Shown here: piece by piece, positions 15,327 to 24,759 of the stretch
Layout of the letters: every line of letters begins with the position of its first letter
Numbering within the stretch: the stretch's first letter is position 1
Sequence record: MN445185.1
Strand: one strand, 5' to 3'
Length of the DNA stretch: 64,000 nucleotides
Origin: Escherichia phage vB_EcoM_EC001
The notes under the pieces: generated by a model
What the model was told of the DNA's origin: nothing
Seen by the model: only the letters and a program-made list of their open reading frames with translations
Database searches by the model: none
Program-made: the position numbers and the translations under genes

Positions 15327-16460
15327 ATGAAATTTCCAATTTCCGTAATCGAAGATATGGCTCGTGTAGTACGTGACCGTGCGTATGTGCTTAGCTACGA
15401 AGGTATTCGTGCATATTCAGAAGCTCTGATTGCACAACACGTCACTGGCACCGGTGTTATCAACCCGGATCTTTACAATGCGCTGGTCGATAACAATGTG
15501 GAGGCTTATCTGCCGCTGCCGCACCTGCGTAATAAGTTGTGCCTTTCTTCTCAAACTCTTCAGTTTGATAACCTGCCACCACTGAAATATTCGCCAGATG
15601 ACCGTTGGGGAAGTATGCTGGGCATGGCTTTCCAAAATTGCCACGCGCCTTATAACTGGTCTATTCTCGTTGAAGGTGTTGATGGTGTCTGGTATGCCAT
15701 TGCACATTCTGACGAATTCTTCTTCGAGCCAGGTGAACTGATTAAACCCGTAAGTGCTCCACATGGTCGTGTTAAGGTTGGGCATTGTTACATTGAATTG
15801 ACTCATGTCCAGTGGACTATCGAAGACTGGCGTGCTGCCTCCGTTATCTTCGGTGACGGTAAACCACACTCAGTTACTTTCGAGCGTTGCGAAGCAGTGC
15901 ATGTTGAAGAGCCTGACAATGACGAAGTGGGAGATCGTTACGCGCCGCTGGAAGAGTGTCGTAACATCGCGAACATCGACTGGGTGAAAGTCTTTACGGC
16001 CAACCCCGGTTTCCGTGGTCAGACTATCAACCCCGGCGAAGTAACCTGGGAAGGTTTCGTACAACTCGCAGATAAACTCGGTTATGACGTGTGGGATTAC
16101 ACCTACAAACGTCCATACCCGAATGCGTCAGAAGATGAAGACCACGATGAAATCATTCTGGAAAACTTGGCTGATATCGAAAATGTGTTTATTGACGACG
16201 AAATCTTTGTTACCCTCGGTATCGAACGTCCAAAATCAACAGCTTATCCGGTATCGGTTGCCAGTGTGATTCAGGAACTGGGCAAAATGCAGGAGCAGAC
16301 TGTCGAAGTGAAAATCGACGAAGAGCAAATGCAGATTGTTGCGCAGGTACAGAAAACTCTGAACCTGGATAAACTGTACGCTGAAATCCGCAAGCTGCCG
16401 AAAAAGAAACGTACTGCTGCCACAATCAAAGCAATGGTCCGCGACATCATCGGCAAATAA
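15327..16460 (+). CDS. hypothetical protein (377 aa)
   Basis: Start moved from track ORF 15303 (TTG) to ATG 15327 (AAGGA SD); acidic C-terminal region; ends at a bidirectional terminator. Confidence 0.7.
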   Translation: MKFPISVIEDMARVVRDRAYVLSYEGIRAYSEALIAQHVTGTGVINPDLYNALVDNNVEAYLPLPHLRNKLCLSSQTLQFDNLPPLKYSPDDRWGSMLGMAFQNCHAPYNWSILVEGVDGVWYAIAHSDEFFFEPGELIKPVSAPHGRVKVGHCYIELTHVQWTIEDWRAASVIFGDGKPHSVTFERCEAVHVEEPDNDEVGDRYAPLEECRNIANIDWVKVFTANPGFRGQTINPGEVTWEGFVQLADKLGYDVWDYTYKRPYPNASEDEDHDEIILENLADIENVFIDDEIFVTLGIERPKSTAYPVSVASVIQELGKMQEQTVEVKIDEEQMQIVAQVQKTLNLDKLYAEIRKLPKKKRTAATIKAMVRDIIGK

Positions 16461-16479
16461 TGCGATAAAAAATAAAAGC

Positions 16480-16516
16480 CTACCTACTCCCTTGGGAGTA
16501 GGTAGTTCTTTTTTTC
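16480..16516. terminator. bidirectional intrinsic terminator between convergent genes
   Basis: 11-bp stem CTACCTACTCC/GGAGTAGGTAG, loop CTTG; T-run downstream and A-run (AAAAAATAAAAG) upstream. Confidence 0.8.
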
Positions 16517-16517
16517 T

Positions 16518-17141
16518 TTAATTTGTTAACCCGTTATCTTTCAGGATTTTCAACATCGCATCATTCAACGCCTGCAGTTCTTGATTCTGCTTAGTGAGTG
16601 TTGCAACTTGTTCTGTCAGAGGAACCTGCTCACGGATTTTGGCTTTACGCACCGCTTCCATTTGCAAGTGTTCTTCTTCCGTCACCGTCCCTTCGTAATC
16701 CATCGATGTGATGTCCACACGTGCATCGATTCCTAAACCGCGTTCTAAGATGCTTTTCAGGTCGTTCGTTAGCAGTGTGACATCGACGTATTCGGGTATT
16801 AATGCCAGGTCAATAACCACCACATTGCGTCTATAATTTAACCCGTTCAGTCCAGGATACGTCTCAATGTACGTATCAGGCAACTCGTAGACTTGACCGT
16901 CCCTCGACTTTAATGTTACAATCGAGGCTTCGACATTAGCGTCGCTGATATAGTCGTCACGAGTTAGGCCGACAGGTTTATAATACTTGTTATAAACGTC
17001 AATATTATTACGTTGGAGTTTCGGAAAGTTCTGTACCGCGTCAACACGGTAAATCACTTTATCTGGCAACGTATAAGGTGCCTTAACCTTGAACAACCCC
17101 TCAAGGTTAACCTGAGGCGTGTTAGGCAACAGTTGTGCCAT
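16518..17141 (-). CDS. hypothetical protein (207 aa)
   Basis: Minus-strand ORF with AAGGAGGG SD directly after the upstream gene's stop; ends at the bidirectional terminator. Confidence 0.65.
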   Translation of the reverse strand: MAQLLPNTPQVNLEGLFKVKAPYTLPDKVIYRVDAVQNFPKLQRNNIDVYNKYYKPVGLTRDDYISDANVEASIVTLKSRDGQVYELPDTYIETYPGLNGLNYRRNVVVIDLALIPEYVDVTLLTNDLKSILERGLGIDARVDITSMDYEGTVTEEEHLQMEAVRKAKIREQVPLTEQVATLTKQNQELQALNDAMLKILKDNGLTN

Positions 17142-17151
17142 TTAACCCTCC

Positions 17152-18531
17152 TTAGGCTTTTGGCTCTGCCGCAGGAACATCCCAAATGGCCTTACGGGCC
17201 AAGACACGATATTCCACGTTATCGAATTCGAAGACGTAGAAGTAAACGTTAGGATCAACGTCGTCTACGAGCTTCACGATATCCAACGGGGTGGAGTGCG
17301 GATGGTACTCTTCGGCTGCAATTAACGCCTGGAAGAACAGATCCAACCACTCGGTGGTTTTCTTCGACATTCTCGCAATATCCGCATTATTAGTGCCGAT
17401 TAATGCGTAGTCAGGAATTGTGTCATGCAGGGTCGTTTTGCGTGAATCGTTTTCAGGGCCAGCGATAACCACGGCGTTCAACGATTTATAGATGGACGGT
17501 AAATCCGTTACATCGGTAGTTGGAATCGAGATCGCTCCACTATTTTTTTCCGTAATGGTTTGAACAGTCCACTCCCCAAATCGGGAGATTGCTTTGACCC
17601 AGAAATCATATGGGAGAATCGGCGAGTATAATGCCGCAACATCTTCCTCATTTGGAATCCCACGAATTGACCAACCGGGAACAATTGTGAACTTGGTGGT
17701 CGTAAAGATTTCTGGGAACACTTTGACACCCAACGCCACAGTAAAACTGGAGTTTGCCAAAATGTAATCACGTAACGCTTGTTTAATCCTGCTCGGGTTA
17801 CGACCCGCGCGTCCGTAGATGATAGCCGACATCGGTATCGGTAAGGTGGAGTCAAAGTCTTCCTGGTCGTGCCAAGTATAGATGTTAGTAATCAGGCTAG
17901 TGTACGGATAACCGTCAGCTAATTCGTTAATCTTATTATGGTGATCCGGAAGGTTGAACCCTTCCATTGCCTTTTCGACTACAGATTTCACAGCCAAGAA
18001 AGTATCAACCGGTAATATCGGCATTTGGACTTCAATTTCAAATCCAGTATAGTCCTGATTGAAATCTTCATCAGCAAACCAGAGAATAATCTGGTTATTT
18101 ACATCAGACGGGTCTTCGACTTTATCTGCTGTGGTTTCAAGTTTCCAACTGACCCAACGTGGGAACCAGTTACTGTTAGTCTGAATCATCGCGCCAGACT
18201 GAACACCGCTGATGACACTATTAAATTGCCCCAACAGCAAACGCTGGAATTCAACTTCGTCGTTTCTTAAGTTGCCCAGGATAGACTGTTGGTAGATCCA
18301 TTGGGAAACAGTAAGAACGTGGTCGCTAAAGACGGCCGGGGTCTTAATAGGCAACTCGTCACGTTTAGAAGTAAAAGCAACCAGTTCCACCTGCAGATTT
18401 TCTTTAGTAAAATACTGCTTGCTTTTAGCGAACGAATATGACAGCTCAGACAACTCACCTACCGGAGCGGTGTTGCCAGGGCCATTATCAATCAGAGCCG
18501 CTATTTGAATAAAGCCTTGTAAATCATACAT
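17152..18531 (-). CDS. hypothetical protein (459 aa)
   Basis: Long minus-strand ORF; GGAGAG SD 9 nt upstream; first gene of a two-gene minus operon. Confidence 0.7.
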   Translation of the reverse strand: MYDLQGFIQIAALIDNGPGNTAPVGELSELSYSFAKSKQYFTKENLQVELVAFTSKRDELPIKTPAVFSDHVLTVSQWIYQQSILGNLRNDEVEFQRLLLGQFNSVISGVQSGAMIQTNSNWFPRWVSWKLETTADKVEDPSDVNNQIILWFADEDFNQDYTGFEIEVQMPILPVDTFLAVKSVVEKAMEGFNLPDHHNKINELADGYPYTSLITNIYTWHDQEDFDSTLPIPMSAIIYGRAGRNPSRIKQALRDYILANSSFTVALGVKVFPEIFTTTKFTIVPGWSIRGIPNEEDVAALYSPILPYDFWVKAISRFGEWTVQTITEKNSGAISIPTTDVTDLPSIYKSLNAVVIAGPENDSRKTTLHDTIPDYALIGTNNADIARMSKKTTEWLDLFFQALIAAEEYHPHSTPLDIVKLVDDVDPNVYFYVFEFDNVEYRVLARKAIWDVPAAEPKA

Positions 18532-18555
18532 AATTAAAAACTCTCCGAGGTGAGC

Positions 18556-19065
18556 ATGATAGCATCAGTTTTCAAACTGCTTCCATTCTTACAGATGCTG
18601 TGGGAAGCATTTAAACCGGGCGAGGGGGAGAAAGTAACACGAGCCGGGAAGATAGTGACACTAGTGATAGTGGCACTGGTCGCGTTCTCTGCATTTGTCT
18701 CATATGCCTATATTGTTCAATACCACACACTGGTTAGCGTCCAATCGCGTACTCAGTATCTGGAGATATCCTATAAGGAGCTAAAAGAGAAGTCCGATCA
18801 TGGCGAAGTGGAGAACAATAAGCTGTACGATCGTCTCTTCACATGCCTGGGTTCTCGATCGCCATATGATGGTACCAAATCTCCAACAGGGACAGGCACT
18901 GGGGCCGCGGTTCCGCCTGAAGAACTCAAGCCGGTAACACCACAGGCACCGTTAAATCCGTCTAGCCCGCCTGCCAAGAAACACCAGGCGGCTTCTCGCC
19001 CAGTGGGGTCGCAGGCGGCAAACGATTTCCGACAGGAGATTATCAAGACGCTTAATAATCCATGA
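18556..19065 (+). CDS. membrane-anchored protein, possible i-spanin-like (170 aa)
   Basis: Start moved to ATG 18556 (GAGGTG SD); one N-proximal TM helix, then charged/coiled segment and Pro-rich C-terminus. Confidence 0.55.
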   Translation: MIASVFKLLPFLQMLWEAFKPGEGEKVTRAGKIVTLVIVALVAFSAFVSYAYIVQYHTLVSVQSRTQYLEISYKELKEKSDHGEVENNKLYDRLFTCLGSRSPYDGTKSPTGTGTGAAVPPEELKPVTPQAPLNPSSPPAKKHQAASRPVGSQAANDFRQEIIKTLNNP

Positions 19066-19074
19066 GGAGCATAC

Positions 19075-19554
19075 ATGAAGTTATTTTTGGTGGCGATACT
19101 GGTGCTATTGTTGACAGGATGCCCTGGGGTCATCCGTCACGTAGACCCAGATTACTCCTCAACCGGAGATTGGCCTTTTCGTCCTTTAGAACACCCACCA
19201 GTATATAACGGTGGGAACAGTCCTGAGGCGAAAAAGCTGGCAGGGAAAATGTTTGTTGCGGATGTGAACGCTTATGCTTATTACGTTTATCTGTACGCTA
19301 AGTCAGTAAACAACTATGCAGAAGCTAAAGGGTGGCACACCCCGATGACCGCACCGCTTTGTGAAGAGTTTATTCGCCCCACTCTTCATGGTATACCCTC
19401 CGGGATATATCTCGACCCTGGTTCTCGTAGCCCTCAAGACATTAGTCGTGATTTGTCACGACAGATTAAGTCTCTCATTCGCAGCTATCGCGAAGACAGA
19501 GAGTCTTTTAATCGTGCCTACGAACGGCACAAAAGTAGTTGCCTTGTGCAATGA
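19075..19554 (+). CDS. putative lipoprotein, possible o-spanin-like (159 aa)
   Basis: Signal peptide with lipobox LLTGC; GAGGAG SD; terminator follows. Confidence 0.6.
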   Translation: MKLFLVAILVLLLTGCPGVIRHVDPDYSSTGDWPFRPLEHPPVYNGGNSPEAKKLAGKMFVADVNAYAYYVYLYAKSVNNYAEAKGWHTPMTAPLCEEFIRPTLHGIPSGIYLDPGSRSPQDISRDLSRQIKSLIRSYREDRESFNRAYERHKSSCLVQ

Positions 19555-19559
19555 AAACT

Positions 19560-19597
19560 CCCTCTTACCTTCGGGTAAGAGGGGATTTCCTTTTTTA
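19560..19597 (+). terminator. intrinsic terminator
   Basis: CCCTCTTACC-ttcg-GGTAAGAGGG then GATTTCCTTTTTTAC. Confidence 0.8.
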
Positions 19598-19642
19598 CGT
19601 TAATAGTCAATAGTGTGATATATAATCTCGTGGAGAGTTGAA

Positions 19643-20362
19643 ATGACCTATCCTAAAATTCTGCCTGTTTTAACGCCCACCGTTGTTGTTGGGACGGACT
19701 TAGAGACCCTGGCTTTACGTCCAGATGCCTACATCTTAACGTTGGCAAACGTGGCATTCGATGTTCCGACAATGAAAATGATCGGTTCATGTTACCACAA
19801 AATCGACCCCAATGATGCAAAAGCAAAAGAAATCTTCTACATCGATCCACAAACGGTCGGTTATTGGGAAGGTAAAGGCGACCCCGAATACGCACCGAGC
19901 GAGAAAGCACGTATTGAAGCGTTTTCTGGGACCACACCACTGCCAGAAGCACTGTGGGCGGCCAAAAAATGGTTGGATGATCTGGGCAACGTGAAAATGG
20001 TTATCACCATGCGCGGTCCCGATTTCGATGCTCCAATTCTGATGAACGCATTTGCACAGTGCGATATCCCGCCGGGCAAGTACCGCAAGTTTTCTATTTT
20101 GGACTCTGACCGGACTGCAGAACGTATTGCATATGCGTTTGGCTTGGAACCTAACTGGCACGCAGAAGCCCACCACTGGACCCGTGGCAAAGAAGCGTAC
20201 GAGCATAACGCTAACTTTGATGCTGCGAAGGAAGCGTATTCTACGGCACGCATCTATCATTTGGCCCTGGTCGCGCGTACGTACGGCTTCGAACGCATGT
20301 TAGAAGCCCACCGCGAAATGTGCACAGGTGAATACATTCCACCGCAGTTGCGAGGAGAATAA
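19643..20362 (+). CDS. DEDDh-family 3'-5' exonuclease (239 aa)
   Basis: Exo I-like VVGTDLET (D-x-E), Exo II-like GPDFDAPILMNAF, Exo III-like HNANFDAAKEAY (H-x4-D). Confidence 0.65.
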   Translation: MTYPKILPVLTPTVVVGTDLETLALRPDAYILTLANVAFDVPTMKMIGSCYHKIDPNDAKAKEIFYIDPQTVGYWEGKGDPEYAPSEKARIEAFSGTTPLPEALWAAKKWLDDLGNVKMVITMRGPDFDAPILMNAFAQCDIPPGKYRKFSILDSDRTAERIAYAFGLEPNWHAEAHHWTRGKEAYEHNANFDAAKEAYSTARIYHLALVARTYGFERMLEAHREMCTGEYIPPQLRGE

Positions 20363-21876
20363 TGAAAGACGTCGACGTAGCGGTTATTTATACCGATGGT
20401 AGTCATACTGAGTCCCCGAAAGGTTCGGGGGCTGGTATTCATGGTTATTTATTCAACAACGGAGATTTGGAAGACAGTCAGGCTTATAGCCATCCGGGTG
20501 TTTCAGAACGGATTACCACTGTTGGATACAAAAAAGTGCCGCAGGATGTGAAGTGTCCGGAGTTGCCGGACACCGTTCAATTTGTCGACGCCGTTATTCC
20601 CGTTCCGAAAGAGTTCTACTCAGATGTGGGCGAGTTAATCGCCTTCATCACGTTGTTTGAGAACGCACCCTTCCGCGCGAAGAACTATATTATCTACGTG
20701 GATGCCAGTTATGTTGTAAACACTTTTAACGAGTGGATAGACGGCTGGCATAAACGTGGTTGGGTTCGTGCTGACGGTACTCCGCTGGCGAACAAAGAAC
20801 TTATTGTTCGTATCTGGGAAATCAAACAGCAGATGAAAAAAGAAGGACGGGGTGTTAAGGTTATCAAAATCAAAGGACACTCCGGCCACTACGGTAACGA
20901 CCGGGCGGACGAATTGGCTAGAAAAGGTTCAGCTATCACAGCGACCAACGACGGCGTTCCATATCAGCCGTACTGGTCGAAGGATGAGTTGCCTGCATCC
21001 GCGGAACCCGAGCCCATCGCCGCTGGGATGAACCTTGCGGCATATCCGCCGATTTGTACGGTTAAATATTGCTATCCGTTGGTGAACGAGGACCATCCTA
21101 CTGTAAAAGTGAAAGATGAAACTTTCTATTACATGTTTGGTGGCAACCATGCAAAGAACAAGGACGACTTGGTGTTTATTGGGAAAATGATTCCTGATGC
21201 ACACTTTTCCGTAATGTTCACTAAACAACCGTGGGATAACATCTACACGATTGTAAACAACCACGCCGCCCTGGCATGGAAAGATACACCGAAGATGCGG
21301 CAGTATGATCCAATCGGCGTTGTTAACAATGAGTTCGTTAAACGTAAGAAGTTCGTTGACGTGGCAGGTGATGGATTACCAGCAGACAAGATGCATTTCA
21401 GTGGAGAAGATTCCAACGTCTGGTTCTTTGAAGACCTGGCCATCTCCAGAATGCTTCGCCCACCCTTATTGTCGTACCGTGCGCTGGATATTCGTGACGA
21501 ACTCGCTACAACGTTGCGTGATGTTCTGCATCAGGAAAAGGGTTATGTCTTAAACGATATTACCGACTTGCTATTCGACGACAAAGGTAAACCTGTCAAG
21601 GAATACTACCGCAGCGTCGATAAGTCAATAACGTTAAAGATTGACTTTCCGATGGGTAAACGACCTGTCTCGGTTATTTTGACGCGTGGTATCGATATTC
21701 CATCGCGTACGGAAATCAACCGTATTAAAGAACCGGAAGGCCGTTATTACATCGCGGTGTGTCGTCCTGAAAAATACTACATCCGTTACTTCTTAATCTA
21801 TATCGGTAAAGAGTATCATGGGTTGTGGTGTGCGTATTACGCAAACCGTCGCATACTGCGAGAAGAAGAGGTGTAA
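20362..21876 (+). CDS. RNase H (type 1) domain fused to ~310-aa C-terminal domain of unknown function (504 aa)
   Basis: N-terminal ~190 aa align by eye to E. coli RNase HI catalytic motifs: VIYTDGS, ELIAF (Glu), IIYVDASYV (Asp), WHKRGW, KIKGHSGHYGNDRADELARKG. Confidence 0.85.
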   Translation: MKDVDVAVIYTDGSHTESPKGSGAGIHGYLFNNGDLEDSQAYSHPGVSERITTVGYKKVPQDVKCPELPDTVQFVDAVIPVPKEFYSDVGELIAFITLFENAPFRAKNYIIYVDASYVVNTFNEWIDGWHKRGWVRADGTPLANKELIVRIWEIKQQMKKEGRGVKVIKIKGHSGHYGNDRADELARKGSAITATNDGVPYQPYWSKDELPASAEPEPIAAGMNLAAYPPICTVKYCYPLVNEDHPTVKVKDETFYYMFGGNHAKNKDDLVFIGKMIPDAHFSVMFTKQPWDNIYTIVNNHAALAWKDTPKMRQYDPIGVVNNEFVKRKKFVDVAGDGLPADKMHFSGEDSNVWFFEDLAISRMLRPPLLSYRALDIRDELATTLRDVLHQEKGYVLNDITDLLFDDKGKPVKEYYRSVDKSITLKIDFPMGKRPVSVILTRGIDIPSRTEINRIKEPEGRYYIAVCRPEKYYIRYFLIYIGKEYHGLWCAYYANRRILREEEV

Positions 21877-21877
21877 C

Positions 21878-22618
21878 ATGTTGCGAGTCGTGAGTGAATC
21901 GCTCACGCTCCACACACAAAGTCTGATTAACTGTGTGGAGCAATACGGATGGATGTCATGGATGGCAACGAACCGTGAGTTCGGTGCTGCGCCCATGGAA
22001 GATTACGACGTGTTGTACAAGTGGGGATTTGAAGCGGCTTGTGATGTTGTGGCAGAGCTGGTTACTGAAACAATTGCGCGTTACAATGCAAGATGTGATG
22101 AACCGATGCCTAAACAAGTCCCGCCGCAAATACCTCCGCTACCGACAATCGATCGTGAGCAGTGTCGAATCTGGACAATGGAAGAGTTGTACGACGAACA
22201 CGTTAGAATGCTGAAACCGAACGAGCTAATAACCGGTGCGTTGAACTGGTTCTTACATCGTTTCTGGACAGAGTTGGTCGATGTGGCGGGTGACGAAGAT
22301 AATTGTTCTCAGGTTATTTGGTACGATCGAGCGATGTTTCATCGCAGTCTTAAAGATCGCAGTCTCTGCAACCTGTATATTGTTGACCCGTGTGAAGACA
22401 TTGTAAGGGTGGCAGAAGGTAACTCTTATTCGGACTTGGTGATGCCTGTGGTAGAAAAACCGATGGGTATTTTCCTGCAGGGAGACGCTTGGGTTTTAAC
22501 GGATGATATCTCGGGCTACCTGCTGGACCCGGATGACATTCACTCGGACGAACCTGACACCATCGAGTATTTTCACTTTACAGAACAGGCAGCACGCTTC
22601 TTGCATCTCTTAAAGTAA
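21878..22618 (+). CDS. hypothetical protein (246 aa)
   Basis: Start moved to ATG 21878 (GAGGTG SD, 1 nt after upstream stop). Confidence 0.6.
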   Translation: MLRVVSESLTLHTQSLINCVEQYGWMSWMATNREFGAAPMEDYDVLYKWGFEAACDVVAELVTETIARYNARCDEPMPKQVPPQIPPLPTIDREQCRIWTMEELYDEHVRMLKPNELITGALNWFLHRFWTELVDVAGDEDNCSQVIWYDRAMFHRSLKDRSLCNLYIVDPCEDIVRVAEGNSYSDLVMPVVEKPMGIFLQGDAWVLTDDISGYLLDPDDIHSDEPDTIEYFHFTEQAARFLHLLK

Positions 22619-22643
22619 TCTGAGATAGATATTATCTACAGGG
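22616..22643 (+). promoter_or_regulatory. conserved promoter-like element (ATATTATC variant)
   Basis: TAATCTGAGATAGATATTATCTACAGGG, ~30 nt upstream of SD of gene 22672. Confidence 0.4.
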
Positions 22644-22671
22644 ACGTAACCTTAAGGAGAATTTATTCACG

Positions 22672-23406
22672 ATGCTTAAAGTCGAAGTGCCAGTGCTTTT
22701 AAACCTCACGCCCCAGTTCTTTGAAGCGTTGTTCGAAAAGCATTGGCCCGCGTTCGCGAAGAACGAACTAAAGGATAACCCACAGTGGTATCCTCTGCGC
22801 GATGAATTCAAGTATACAGCCATCAACGTCTGTATAGAAGTCTTCACTGCGTGGTTACAAGAGATGTACGACTGCATCAACACCGAACGGCTGTTCACGC
22901 TAGAACATGTAGAGATTAATGTTGTTGACGTCTACGAAGGTTACTCCTACGAAGAAGGCATTACTGCCACGGGGTTAAGCCAGCAAGACGTTGAAGAACA
23001 AATCTTTGCGTGGATCGAGTGGTTCACGGAAAAGTTGATGCTGGCTGATTTTGTCACGCAGGTGGAAGATGTATTCATCCCAATGTACGAGCGGTTAGCT
23101 GAGATACGTCGTAACCATCGACTGCTCGGTTACTGGTATGACACTTATACCACCTCCTCAACACTGTGGTCTTCCGCTACTGCCGCTTTTGGCATAACTG
23201 AAGGCGATTACGATGTCGTTCATTCTGGCCCTTGGCAGTACGGTTTCGGCACACTGTGGCACGAACTGACCGATGTCATGTGTCTGGACTTTTATCTCTG
23301 TGAAGGTAAGTTTTACACGGATAACTGCGTGAGCCAAATTCCGAATGGTGCGACGGTGGTGATGTGTCGCATCCGTAAAGAAGTCTCTAAGAAACTAAAC
23401 TACTGA
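22672..23406 (+). CDS. hypothetical protein (244 aa)
   Basis: TTAAGGAGA SD; preceded by an ATATTATC promoter-like motif. Confidence 0.65.
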   Translation: MLKVEVPVLLNLTPQFFEALFEKHWPAFAKNELKDNPQWYPLRDEFKYTAINVCIEVFTAWLQEMYDCINTERLFTLEHVEINVVDVYEGYSYEEGITATGLSQQDVEEQIFAWIEWFTEKLMLADFVTQVEDVFIPMYERLAEIRRNHRLLGYWYDTYTTSSTLWSSATAAFGITEGDYDVVHSGPWQYGFGTLWHELTDVMCLDFYLCEGKFYTDNCVSQIPNGATVVMCRIRKEVSKKLNY

Positions 23407-23419
23407 AGGAGTATTTAAC

Positions 23420-23791
23420 ATGACGCAAGACGAATTTGAAACACTGGTTAAACAATACTTTAAAGAAGGGACTATTCTGTACATAGTCGCACCCGAGAGC
23501 GAAAACTGGTTGACGTTATCGTCGCGGGTAACCACCCTACGCGGCCCAGTTTCTCAAGAAATAAGACAGATGGCTCGTATAGTTCGAGATACCGCCATCC
23601 AGGGCGGTAAAGTCGTCAGCTTCTCCCACCTCTCTCCGATCGGCCACTCTAACTTAGAAACCGAAGTTGATGTGGTTGCAACCGTCGGTTTCGATTTAGA
23701 CGGCTCCCCAGGCACTAGCCTTGTTGCCATTAAGAAATGGCGTGGATACGATGCGATTCCATCGCCGGGGGTTTGGCCAGCTACCAGCTAA
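23420..23791 (+). CDS. hypothetical protein (123 aa)
   Basis: GAAGGAG SD. Confidence 0.55.
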   Translation: MTQDEFETLVKQYFKEGTILYIVAPESENWLTLSSRVTTLRGPVSQEIRQMARIVRDTAIQGGKVVSFSHLSPIGHSNLETEVDVVATVGFDLDGSPGTSLVAIKKWRGYDAIPSPGVWPATS

Positions 23792-23801
23792 TGGGGGCGG
23801 T

Positions 23802-24209
23802 ATGTTAAAGGTGTATAGCGAGTCATTGATGGACTTGCAAGAGTATCTAAAGCATGTGGAAATTAACGGCAACCGAGGAATGATATACTCCATGGTTGTC
23901 GAGATTTTAATTAAAATCGTGCTTGTTTCATTCCACGTGGCAGAAAATGGCACTGCTGTACCAGGCGATGTTTATAAAGGTGTTATTAAACATCTTAGCG
24001 ACCGCTACAGTTGTTTACGTGAACCGGATATCTTTAATGAGGTGCAACGTGTTGTGTTGCTTATCCTCGACAACCGTGGAGACTTGGCGTTCAAGCTTGC
24101 GCGTGAATTGGCAGACACGTCACAGCACGGTGGACAACTGAAATATAACGTTGTGGATCTCGTAGCGTGCAGATACTGGTATACGCAGCCCGAGTTAAGT
24201 AACTTTTAA
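23802..24209 (+). CDS. hypothetical protein (135 aa)
   Basis: Start moved from track ORF 23721 to ATG 23802, just after upstream stop, G-rich SD. Confidence 0.55.
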   Translation: MLKVYSESLMDLQEYLKHVEINGNRGMIYSMVVEILIKIVLVSFHVAENGTAVPGDVYKGVIKHLSDRYSCLREPDIFNEVQRVVLLILDNRGDLAFKLARELADTSQHGGQLKYNVVDLVACRYWYTQPELSNF

Positions 24210-24219
24210 GGAGCATTAG

Positions 24220-24759
24220 ATGCAAATCGTAATTGACTTCGCTCTGTCGGAGTCGAGACGTCAGCTAGATGAAATTCTGTTAGGATTAAAACGTGACGTG
24301 GAATTTGAACTTCACGATGCGTTGGCCGTCCACGAAAATCGTTTGTCTGACGAAATAGGTTCGGGTGTAGATGTGACTATCTGTGACACTGGGGATATGG
24401 TAAATCAGCTTATTGAACGTATGTTCACGCGGCTGCGTAACATTCTGAACTATCCCCATCGTTTTGAACTGGTAGAAGGGACGGACCAAATCACCGACTT
24501 ATTGAGTGAAGCCTTTGATAAGGTCGGTGAGTCTCTGGCGGGGTTACATCAAGAGAACCTGGGCGAGACATACGTTGCTGTGGTCATTAACGGGCAATCA
24601 TCGAACGTCACGGACACGGTAACATGGTCTGATATCGTTGACCAGCCAATCATTGACAAAATCACCAAGTTGTATCGTGATGCGGAAATGAAGGTGCTGG
24701 CTATCTGTCGTCGTGAACTACTGTATCTCGGCGAGAAATATGGGAAACCTGCTGAATGA
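24220..24759 (+). CDS. hypothetical protein (179 aa)
   Basis: TTAAGGAGCA SD. Confidence 0.6.
   Translation: MQIVIDFALSESRRQLDEILLGLKRDVEFELHDALAVHENRLSDEIGSGVDVTICDTGDMVNQLIERMFTRLRNILNYPHRFELVEGTDQITDLLSEAFDKVGESLAGLHQENLGETYVAVVINGQSSNVTDTVTWSDIVDQPIIDKITKLYRDAEMKVLAICRRELLYLGEKYGKPAE

Noticed and set aside
19361-19603. ORF 19361..19603 (80 aa) and other short ORFs overlapping annotated genes (e.g. 4603..4989, 8246..8716, 27832..28252, 56540..57127)
   Set aside because: Out of frame or antisense within longer, better-supported genes; no RBS; 19361..19603 also runs through a terminator hairpin.
21700-21876. GIY-YIG-like string (…GRYYIAV…YIGKE…) at the C-terminus of the RNase H fusion protein
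   Set aside because: Occurs in the last ~30 residues with no room for a ~90-aa GIY-YIG domain and without the conserved downstream Arg/Glu; probably chance.
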